From NCBI GenBank assembly GCA_963753835.1, contig CAVWDP010000002.1:99495-163494 (forward strand): a DNA stretch of 64,000 nucleotides, read 5' to 3'. The translations under genes and the position numbers were made by a program. The stretch comes from an uncultured Bacteroidales bacterium. GTDB lineage: Bacteria > Bacteroidota > Bacteroidia > Bacteroidales > B18-G4. Numbering within the stretch: the stretch's first letter is position 1; every line of letters begins with the position of its first letter. The notes beneath the pieces were generated by a model, which was given only the letters and a program-made list of their open reading frames with translations, had not been told where the DNA came from and searched no databases. Below, in pieces: positions 56,890 to 64,000 of this stretch.

Positions 56890-59043
56890 TTAAAAGCGAT
56901 ACCCCAGGCTAAGGGATGCAAAATAGTTTCTCGGTTCTCCAGCTTCGTAGAACCTCCTGTCGGCTGAGTTGGTGTTGGTAAAGCCAACATAAACCACATC
57001 CAGCATGTTGTTCATGCTTCCCGACAGCAAGATGTTTAGCTTCCCGAATTCCATGTCGAGGCCCAACACTCCATTTAATAAATTATATGCCTTTGTTTTA
57101 TCGGAATTGGCATCATCTACCCAAAGACCGCTTACACCTGTATAGCTGAATTTTATAAATCCACTCACATTCCTGTGGAACGGATAGGCATATGAAAGTG
57201 CAAGGTAGAGATTGTTCTCAGGAACACTGGGGACAATGTTCCCGGCAAAATCATTTTCTTCTTCCTCAATATTTCCTTCATCGTCGACCTCTATGGTTTT
57301 GGCATTGTATTCCTGGTAAACGAAGTTGGAGTAAGTATATGCCAGGGTGAAGTTCAGGTCTTTGACAATCTCAAGGCTGGATCCAAGTTCAATTCCGCGA
57401 CGATTTGTTTTGGCAGCATTCCGAAAAAACACATCCCCGAAAACCTCAAAGGGGATGATCTCATTACTGATCCATATGTCGAATAGTGTTAATTCAAATA
57501 GGATTTTTCGGAAGAAATATCGCTCGTATTTGTACAAAAATCCTTTGATACCCAATTCCAGATTTTTTGATTCCTGTGCCTCCAGCTCATGATTGTACAG
57601 CATTGTAGGATCAAGGCTCTCCAGTTCATTTTTCGCCGGGCTGTCGAAACTCAAACCAAATGATGTATACAAGGAAATCCATGTGGCCAGCTTATAATTA
57701 AAGGCCAGCTTCGGAGTGAATGCAGCAAAGTTCCTGTTGTCGGTACGTGAAGGGAGGGTTTCTTCGCTGAGTTTGTAGGTTACATTATCATACCTTCCGG
57801 TCAGCAAAACAAAAAACTTGTCTTTTAGGATCTCAAAATTGTCTGAGATATAAAAGCCGGTATTGCCGATTTTTTCATTCGTCAGCTGCAGGATCTGGTC
57901 CCCCTTTTGTCCGCTGATATTGTCATAATATTCAGTCCTTGCAGGCTGAAATAGCAAATCGCCTCCGACTGAAAATTCATTTGATGACCTTCCGATTCGG
58001 CCTTTATTAGTATACCTGGCTGTCAGCCCAAACCCCTGCCTATTGATGATTCTGTACTGTCGTGAAGTCCTTTCAAAGTACTTCATGGTGGCGTAGGTGG
58101 TGATCTCAATTTCATTATTCAGCGTCTTTCCAAAGCTGGCGTTATAACGTATTCCCAACCTGCCTTTGGTCGATAGGCGTTTAAGGTCACGATCTACAGC
58201 ACGGGGATCGGCCTGGAAAGGATCCTGCTCAAACTCTTCTTTAGTGAGGGAGCCGGGAAGCCGGATCATGCCATCCACGAAATAGAATAGGATTTTGAGC
58301 GATGTGTTTTCTGAGGGTTTCGTTTCAAGCACCGTATTCAGAATATGCCAGTGCTCACTATTATGCTCGCGGAAACCATCGTACTGCTGGTAACTGTAGG
58401 TATTCAAAAAAGCATATTTATCGGTCCTGATGCCGAACTTGAGCCCATTTCTCATCAGGCCGAACGAACCGAATTGATTAAACTGTTTAAGGAATGAAGT
58501 GGGGAAATCAATATCATTTATAAAGTTAACCACGCCACCTGGCGCATTGGTGTAAAGGGAAGAAGAATTTCCCTTTGCGATCTCGATCCTGCCAATAGAG
58601 TTGAAGTCGATCGCCTCGATCCGGGTTTGCCCATCCGGCTCTGATTCCGGAATATCATCCAGCAATATCCGTACCCCCCTGATGCCCGAATTGGATTTAC
58701 TGCCGAATCCCCTGATGGAGATCCTTACATCGTGGTTCCCATATCGTGATTGAATGAACATTCCGGGAACTGCGGGGAGAACATCATTCACACCTGCACT
58801 CTTGTCGTAGCGGTAACTCATGTTATTTATCCTTACCACTGAATAGGGGATGTCGATGATCCTTTTTGAAACCCTCGTTCCAGTGATCACAACTTCATCC
58901 AGCTCATTAAATAAGGAGTCGTAAGGAGCGTAAACAATAATTGTATCGGGTGATACTTTCTCCTGGGAAAACACCCAACTATTGCCGCCAATGATGAGAA
59001 ACAACAAAATGATGACAGAAAAAATGATCCTGGGACTATTCAC
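56890..59043 (-). CDS. TonB-dependent outer-membrane receptor
   Basis: 717 aa with a signal peptide, plug region (VVITGTRVSKRIIDIPYSV...NDVLPAVPGMF...IRGFG) and a beta-barrel ending in ...SLSLGYRF (terminal aromatic). Confidence 0.85.
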   Translation of the reverse strand: MNSPRIIFSVIILLFLIIGGNSWVFSQEKVSPDTIIVYAPYDSLFNELDEVVITGTRVSKRIIDIPYSVVRINNMSYRYDKSAGVNDVLPAVPGMFIQSRYGNHDVRISIRGFGSKSNSGIRGVRILLDDIPESEPDGQTRIEAIDFNSIGRIEIAKGNSSSLYTNAPGGVVNFINDIDFPTSFLKQFNQFGSFGLMRNGLKFGIRTDKYAFLNTYSYQQYDGFREHNSEHWHILNTVLETKPSENTSLKILFYFVDGMIRLPGSLTKEEFEQDPFQADPRAVDRDLKRLSTKGRLGIRYNASFGKTLNNEIEITTYATMKYFERTSRQYRIINRQGFGLTARYTNKGRIGRSSNEFSVGGDLLFQPARTEYYDNISGQKGDQILQLTNEKIGNTGFYISDNFEILKDKFFVLLTGRYDNVTYKLSEETLPSRTDNRNFAAFTPKLAFNYKLATWISLYTSFGLSFDSPAKNELESLDPTMLYNHELEAQESKNLELGIKGFLYKYERYFFRKILFELTLFDIWISNEIIPFEVFGDVFFRNAAKTNRRGIELGSSLEIVKDLNFTLAYTYSNFVYQEYNAKTIEVDDEGNIEEEENDFAGNIVPSVPENNLYLALSYAYPFHRNVSGFIKFSYTGVSGLWVDDANSDKTKAYNLLNGVLGLDMEFGKLNILLSGSMNNMLDVVYVGFTNTNSADRRFYEAGEPRNYFASLSLGYRF

Positions 59044-59125
59044 TTCACCTCCTGTATTACCTTCAAAATTACGAAGATATTTTGGCTTTCTTGCTTATAA
59101 AGTTTTCTTGGATAGAAACAAAAAA

Positions 59126-59196
59126 GTCATTTCGAGTAAAGCGAGAAATCTGTACCCAGGTATGAAAGACAGATTTCTCCCTTTGGTCGAAATGAC
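59126..59196. repeat. Nested palindromic element, copy 2
   Basis: GTCATTTCGAGTAAAGCGAGAAATCTGTACCCAGGTATGAAAGACAGATTTCTCCCTTTGGTCGAAATGAC has the same outer and inner inverted repeats as 4476-4556. Confidence 0.8.
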
Positions 59197-59223
59197 CTGA
59201 TGGATCAAATTAGTGATCCGGAT

Positions 59224-62142
59224 TTATTTTCGAATAATAAGCTTTTCAATCCACCTGCCCTGCTTATTATACACTGTTACCATGTATATGCCGGACGGCT
59301 GGGATGTAAGGTCTATGTTTACAAGCCCTGAATTATCAATGCGGAGGTCTTGCTCTTCATATACGGCAACACCCCTGTTGTTATACACCTTAATGTTCAG
59401 GTCGAGGGACTTTTTAGTATTGATCTGCAAAGAGAATTCTCCCTGGCCGGGATTTGGATACAGATTAATATCCTCTATGCCTGCCAGCTCACCAATACCA
59501 GTACAATCCTGGAATTCAACCATTACGGTATCGGATCCACGACAAATATTGCCATCAGTTACATAAACAATGAACATATGGGTTCCAAGGCCATAACCAG
59601 CTGTGTCGACGGTTATAGAAGCCGTGGTTTCTCCACCGGGATACCACTCATAGGCAGTAGCGCCGACGGTGGTAGCATCAAGGATGACCGACTCATCAGA
59701 GCAAACAGAATAGTCAGGACCCAGGTCGGGATGTGGATAGTCATTGACCGTAATGGTCTGGCTGTCTGAATTAGTACAAGTATTGCCATCAGTATATTCA
59801 TACATCAGGGTATGGGTTCCAAGACCTGCTACCACAGGATCAAACATGCCACCGCTGACACCTGGCCCGGAATATGTTCCCCCGCTTGGTAATCCACCAC
59901 TAAGGGCAAATGCCGCATCATTCAGACAGACATCAGGAATGGGTGTGAATGCAACAGAAGGAAGGTTGTGTATCGTCAGGGTCACCATGGTGGCCAGGCT
60001 TTCACAGCCTCCGCCTGTTTGGGTCACATAGTAAAAATATATACCAGGACCGGTTTCTCCGGTTGAAAATGTATCTCCTGCATGGACCAGGACAAGCAGA
60101 TCCGGATCACTATACCATTGTATCATAGTTCCTGTTGCAATCAAGTCGGGGACAGTATCTCCAACACAAACCTCCTGGTCTGAACTTACAGGGGCTGGTG
60201 GCGATACCATTACTTCAATATAATCAAGCTTTGTATGACTATTACTGCCAACACTGTTGGTAGCCTCTAAGGTAACATCATACATACCAGGAGTGAAATA
60301 AACAATACCAAGTGGATTCTGATCTGTTGATGTTGATGGAGTGCCACCATCAAAAGTCCACAACCAGGATGTTGGAGCTTCACTTGACAGATCTGTAAAG
60401 TCTGTAGATTTTCCAGCACAAAATATTGTTTCGCTGGCTTCAAAATCTGCAGTTGGTGCTGACCCAGCAACTACGTTCACAATGGCTGTCCTGATATGTA
60501 CAGGTGTGCCATTGGGTCCTGTTCCTGTGAGGGTTAAATCATACATTTGCTCCGGAACACCTCCCACAACACTAATTTCGATTGGGAGACTTCCCGGGAA
60601 ACTTGATAGGGTGGCTCCATTTGGGAAATCAATATTGAAAGATCCTGATGCAGGTGTTTCTACAATTACACTAAAAGTAATATCCTCCGTCCATCCTTTA
60701 ATGGAAGGTACTTCGGCTGTAAAGCTAGCTGTGCCACCACTGGTTGTGCCTATTGCAGGCAAAATCTCCATGGCATAGTCAGGAAAATAAGCAGTCAATG
60801 ATTTAAAGTTGCCGTCTCTGAAATCTGCCCATGTAGACATAGAGGTAACCTCATTAGATACAATGGCATTATAGTCGCCCAGGTATCTTGGAGTTCCCCC
60901 GCCCCCACAAGTATTACAGTTGATCTTCATCTTTTCATTGGAGATCGCATGATTTTCTACAAAAGTTTGTCCTCCATCATCAGAATAGGAAGCATAGATC
61001 AATGCGCTGTCGGTTGTTGGCACATCACGTGTGTCCATCCATTGAACATAAAGGCGGCCAGTTTCGTAATCACACCAGGTGGCTGGATGCCACTGTGCAT
61101 GATCCTCTGAATCAGGATCGTCATTTACGGTAATATCTGATGACCAGGTAGTTCCGCCATCGTCAGAATATCGGCAAAATATATCAGGGTTGTTTCCATT
61201 GCCGGCCGGTTCATTAGAAGCATAGATGAGGTAAAGCCTGCCACGATAAGTACCATTGCTGTTGTCGGCAGTGATAAAGGGATAGGGCCGGGTACGCATA
61301 TTTGAAACAGAGTTCCTGTTATTCACATTGGAACCGACATAGTTTGCAAAACTTTGCTGCGATTTAAGTGAAAAGGTTGCTCCACCATCAAGTGATTGAT
61401 AAAAAGAATATGTCGAGGCGAATGCACTTCCTGAGTTGGTAACAACATATACTGCTCCGCCATCGGTTGCGTTCCATGCTCCAACGCACACCATCATGCC
61501 AGGCAGAGATTGTGTTCCGGGCTGGAAAGTAGTTGTAAATGAGTCACCCTGGTCGGTGCTTCGGGCAAAATTGCCACCACCACTCCTGGTCATGGTAGTA
61601 TAAACGTAATCAGCATAAGGTCCGTCAGTTTGATCGGCAGCCAACCAGTTTTTATCGACACCGGAAATGGCGACCACCGAACTGGACCATGTTTGTCCGT
61701 TGTCAGTTGATTTTACAATCACACAACCCGAAGGTGAACCATACATGCTTTCATAATAAAGGTTGCCATCACCGTCATAGGCAGTTACAGGGTCTCCCCG
61801 TATGGTGTATCCCCCCCAGGCAACATTGGAATCAAACCAATCGTAGCCATCCGTCGTGTAATGGGGCTCGTCGATGTTAAATGCAGTAAAATATTCACCG
61901 GGAGCAAGCGGGTTTTCACTGATATGACCTTCGGCAAAATCAATGCCGAGATAATAATTATCATAGCCATCAATTGTATATACCGTACTTAGCATCGGAC
62001 TTCTGTTCTCCTGGTGAAGAAGGAAGTCTTCAGGAATTCTGTCAAGGTTAGGATCGTCAACCTGGCTAAAAAGCGTGATTGACCCTCCAATAATGAGTAG
62101 TCCTGACAGCATTAGGCGAAAAGCGGAGTTAAGTTTTTTCAT
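59224..62142 (-). CDS. Large secreted BNR/sialidase-like propeller - PKD - Ig-like repeats - T9SS CTD protein
   Basis: 972 aa with a signal peptide. Asp-boxes STDNGQTWSS, SDDGGTTWSS, SDDGGQTF. PKD domain (ADFEAS...WLWTFDGGTPSTSTDQNP...YDVTLEATN). CTD INLYPNPGQGEFSL...PSGIYMVTVYNKQGRWIEKLIIRK. Confidence 0.8.
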   Translation of the reverse strand: MKKLNSAFRLMLSGLLIIGGSITLFSQVDDPNLDRIPEDFLLHQENRSPMLSTVYTIDGYDNYYLGIDFAEGHISENPLAPGEYFTAFNIDEPHYTTDGYDWFDSNVAWGGYTIRGDPVTAYDGDGNLYYESMYGSPSGCVIVKSTDNGQTWSSSVVAISGVDKNWLAADQTDGPYADYVYTTMTRSGGGNFARSTDQGDSFTTTFQPGTQSLPGMMVCVGAWNATDGGAVYVVTNSGSAFASTYSFYQSLDGGATFSLKSQQSFANYVGSNVNNRNSVSNMRTRPYPFITADNSNGTYRGRLYLIYASNEPAGNGNNPDIFCRYSDDGGTTWSSDITVNDDPDSEDHAQWHPATWCDYETGRLYVQWMDTRDVPTTDSALIYASYSDDGGQTFVENHAISNEKMKINCNTCGGGGTPRYLGDYNAIVSNEVTSMSTWADFRDGNFKSLTAYFPDYAMEILPAIGTTSGGTASFTAEVPSIKGWTEDITFSVIVETPASGSFNIDFPNGATLSSFPGSLPIEISVVGGVPEQMYDLTLTGTGPNGTPVHIRTAIVNVVAGSAPTADFEASETIFCAGKSTDFTDLSSEAPTSWLWTFDGGTPSTSTDQNPLGIVYFTPGMYDVTLEATNSVGSNSHTKLDYIEVMVSPPAPVSSDQEVCVGDTVPDLIATGTMIQWYSDPDLLVLVHAGDTFSTGETGPGIYFYYVTQTGGGCESLATMVTLTIHNLPSVAFTPIPDVCLNDAAFALSGGLPSGGTYSGPGVSGGMFDPVVAGLGTHTLMYEYTDGNTCTNSDSQTITVNDYPHPDLGPDYSVCSDESVILDATTVGATAYEWYPGGETTASITVDTAGYGLGTHMFIVYVTDGNICRGSDTVMVEFQDCTGIGELAGIEDINLYPNPGQGEFSLQINTKKSLDLNIKVYNNRGVAVYEEQDLRIDNSGLVNIDLTSQPSGIYMVTVYNKQGRWIEKLIIRK

Positions 62143-62413
62143 AGATCTGTTTTTGATTAAAAAAATTCAGCAGATTAATAGTTAATATAGTATTAACACA
62201 TAAGTTCAATAAAAGATCAATAATTTTTTTAAAAAAATAATAACGGCGAAGTTAGCAAAATTTATTCTGGGAACTTATTTGGCGAATAGTAGTTTACAAA
62301 AATAAGATTTTAGTATACTCCTGGAGAGCATCCCCGATCTGTTAATGATAAGAAAATATACTGGCAAGGCTTAAATCATAGCTTGCTTCAGACGGTAAGG
62401 TGGGGCTATTATA

Positions 62414-62542
62414 TCAGCAGGCACAGATTACGAAGAGGAATATGAGAGATCCCAGCGAGGTGAGTATCATGGCCCCAAGGCATCCATAAATCAAATACAT
62501 ACCGCAGCAGCCAAAGCGGCGAACAGTTTTTTCAGTTTCCAT
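62414..62542 (-). CDS. Candidate 42-aa Cys-rich membrane micro-protein
   Basis: Hand translation gives METEKTVRRFGCCGMYLIYGCLGAMILTSLGSLIFLFVICAC*. It is below the ORF-track size cutoff, has one TM helix and six Cys, and has no homology support. Confidence 0.3.
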   Translation of the reverse strand: METEKTVRRFGCCGMYLIYGCLGAMILTSLGSLIFLFVICAC

Positions 62543-62686
62543 AACTTATTTTGTTTGGTTGTAAGTACGCACTTTTAAAACCGTTAAACAAAAAAATACC
62601 TGTTTGATTGTTTTCGAAACAATGTGAATTATCTTTCATTTTTTTGTGACATATTAAACTATTTTATATATTAGCCAGGATTAAAT

Positions 62687-63406
62687 ATGATAAGGCTGCC
62701 AGGCATGACAGAGAAGTATAACAATAAGCCGAACAGTTGTAAAGATTGTGCAGTTAAATCAAGTTCTGTATTCAATCTTAACGATGAAGAAATGGAAATT
62801 CTGTGCAGCAATAGCACAGAGATCCAATTCCGGAAGCATGAAAACATCATTAAACAAGGTACGTTCACGCAGAACATTGTGTTTATTAAGTCCGGGATTT
62901 TTAAGATCCATCTGACAGGAAGCCATGGCAAGGATGAGATCCTCAAAATTGACAAGGCTCCTCTTTTTGTAGGTGTTTCAGATGTTTTTGCCAATAAGAT
63001 CCATAGCTATGCAGTAACAACGCTGAGCGATACTGTTGCCTGTTTTATTGATTACAGCGGATATAAGTTTCTGATTGAAAATAACGGACGATTTGCGCTT
63101 GAGGTGATGAAGACACTCAGTACAGATATTGTTGAACACTACCATATTTTCGTTGATAAGATCCACAAGCAGCTGAATGCCCGCTTCGCTGATGCACTGA
63201 TCTATTTCTCTAAACATATTTATGGCAATAATATTATTGAGATTCCCCTGACCAGAACAGAGCTTGGTGCTTACATTGGCACATCTCGTGAGACGGTCAC
63301 CAAGATCATTCATGACTTTTCGGAAGATGGCATCATTGAGGTGGATGGGAAAATGATCAAGCTACTGAAAATGGATCTCCTTCATAAGATCAGCCAGGCC
63401 GGTTGA
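62687..63406 (+). CDS. Crp/Fnr-family transcriptional regulator
   Basis: 239 aa with a cNMP-binding-like beta-roll (IIKQGTFTQNIVFIKSGIFKI) and a C-terminal HTH (RTELGAYIGTSRETVTKIIHDF). N-terminal CKDC pair. An alternative start is Met7 (62705). Confidence 0.8.
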   Translation: MIRLPGMTEKYNNKPNSCKDCAVKSSSVFNLNDEEMEILCSNSTEIQFRKHENIIKQGTFTQNIVFIKSGIFKIHLTGSHGKDEILKIDKAPLFVGVSDVFANKIHSYAVTTLSDTVACFIDYSGYKFLIENNGRFALEVMKTLSTDIVEHYHIFVDKIHKQLNARFADALIYFSKHIYGNNIIEIPLTRTELGAYIGTSRETVTKIIHDFSEDGIIEVDGKMIKLLKMDLLHKISQAG

Positions 63407-63450
63407 TTTATTTTCGTACCTTTCACTTGTATCCCTAAACCTTTAACAAT

Positions 63451-64000
63451 ATGAGTTACAAAGCACTTATTGCCGTCATTATATTACTGTGTTTTATTAC
63501 GACATGCTTTTCTCAACATGAGCAAGAGCAACGTATAAGTAAAGGTCCTGAAAACGGGCACCTGGTGATTGTTGGTGGTAGCCTGAGTGACCCCGCCATA
63601 TATGCAAAATTCCTTGATCTGGCCGGGGGGCCGGATGCTGAGATTATCATCATTCCTACTGCAGGTAGTGATGAATACCTGCTTGATGCAAAGGGTATGG
63701 AGATGATCGAAAAAAGGTTCTGGGAGAATGGAATTAAGAACATCACATTTCTACATACGCGTGATCCGGAGGAAGCCAACACAGATGAATTTGTAAAACC
63801 AATAAAAGAAGCTGATGGCCTCTGGTTTACGGGCGGTCGACAATGGCGCCTGGCTGACTCATATCTGAATACCCTTACACATAAAGAAATACTGAATCTC
63901 CTTGATCGAGGAGGTGTTGTAGGGGGGAGCTCAGCCGGGGCTTCTATCATGGGTTCATTCCTGGTAAGGGGCGATACCAAAACAAATGTGGTGATGATGG
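63451..64000 (+). CDS. Cyanophycinase-like S51 peptidase, N-terminal part (runs off the right edge)
   Basis: ATG at 63451 gives MSYKALIAVIILLCFITTCFSQ (signal peptide), then GHLVIVGG, IIIIPTAG, GLWFTGGRQ and the nucleophile context GGSSAGASIMG. The opposing ORF 63513..63980 is rejected. Confidence 0.7.
   Translation, partial: MSYKALIAVIILLCFITTCFSQHEQEQRISKGPENGHLVIVGGSLSDPAIYAKFLDLAGGPDAEIIIIPTAGSDEYLLDAKGMEMIEKRFWENGIKNITFLHTRDPEEANTDEFVKPIKEADGLWFTGGRQWRLADSYLNTLTHKEILNLLDRGGVVGGSSAGASIMGSFLVRGDTKTNVVMM

Noticed and set aside
63513-63980. Minus-strand 155-aa ORF at the right edge
   Set aside because: The plus strand encodes a signal peptide plus clear S51 peptidase motifs (GGSSAGA). The minus ORF is Arg/Pro/Ser-rich, typical of an antisense shadow.

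Overview
Bacteroidota-type chromosomal window: many T9SS C-terminal sorting domains, a TonB-dependent receptor and a TAnnTTTG-type promoter. Everything here was read by eye; no searches, alignments or GC calculations were run.

The window has three parts.
1. 1-27.2 kb holds ordinary core genes. These include an EF-G paralogue lacking the catalytic His, and a tight minus-strand operon of a small Cys-rich protein, two-cysteine DsrC, a NarI/DsrM-like membrane protein, a DsrK/HdrD-like Fe-S protein and a cysteine desulfurase. Also present are a WG-repeat protein, a DDAH-like enzyme, a degenerate FolD-like protein, a TPR class III adenylate cyclase, and an ECF sigma with a putative anti-sigma.
2. 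27.2-51.5 kb begins at a tRNA-Asn(GTT) and is an accessory patchwork. Nearly every intergenic gap carries one copy of a modular repeat, 13 copies in all, every one in + orientation. The repeat is built from GC hairpins and 7-nt-periodic AT-rich tracts. The genes between copies are one or a few per block and alternate between visibly AT-rich and host-like composition. Many are frame-disrupted (rsgA, CNNM/CorC, RluA-family, several T9SS cargo genes). A 277 bp plus 130 bp perfect direct repeat brackets a 5.2 kb block. Orphan genes here include a B12-binding radical SAM protein, a PIG-L deacetylase, and a NUDIX plus divergent ThyA pair.
3. 51.5-64 kb carries a NagB-LmbE fusion, BNR/T9SS proteins, a TonB-dependent receptor, a Crp/Fnr regulator and a partial cyanophycinase-like peptidase.

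I recognised no transposase, integrase, reverse transcriptase, cas, phage module or known defence gene.

The most unusual signal is the repeat grammar. It shows co-oriented mosaic elements, discrete module swaps and inversions, and heptanucleotide periodicity in the AT-rich, non-hairpin portions of the intergenic repeat tracts I examined.

Caveat: several isolated frame breaks sit in A/T homopolymers, so sequencing indels and repeat-mediated mis-assembly must be excluded before calling pseudogenes or islands.
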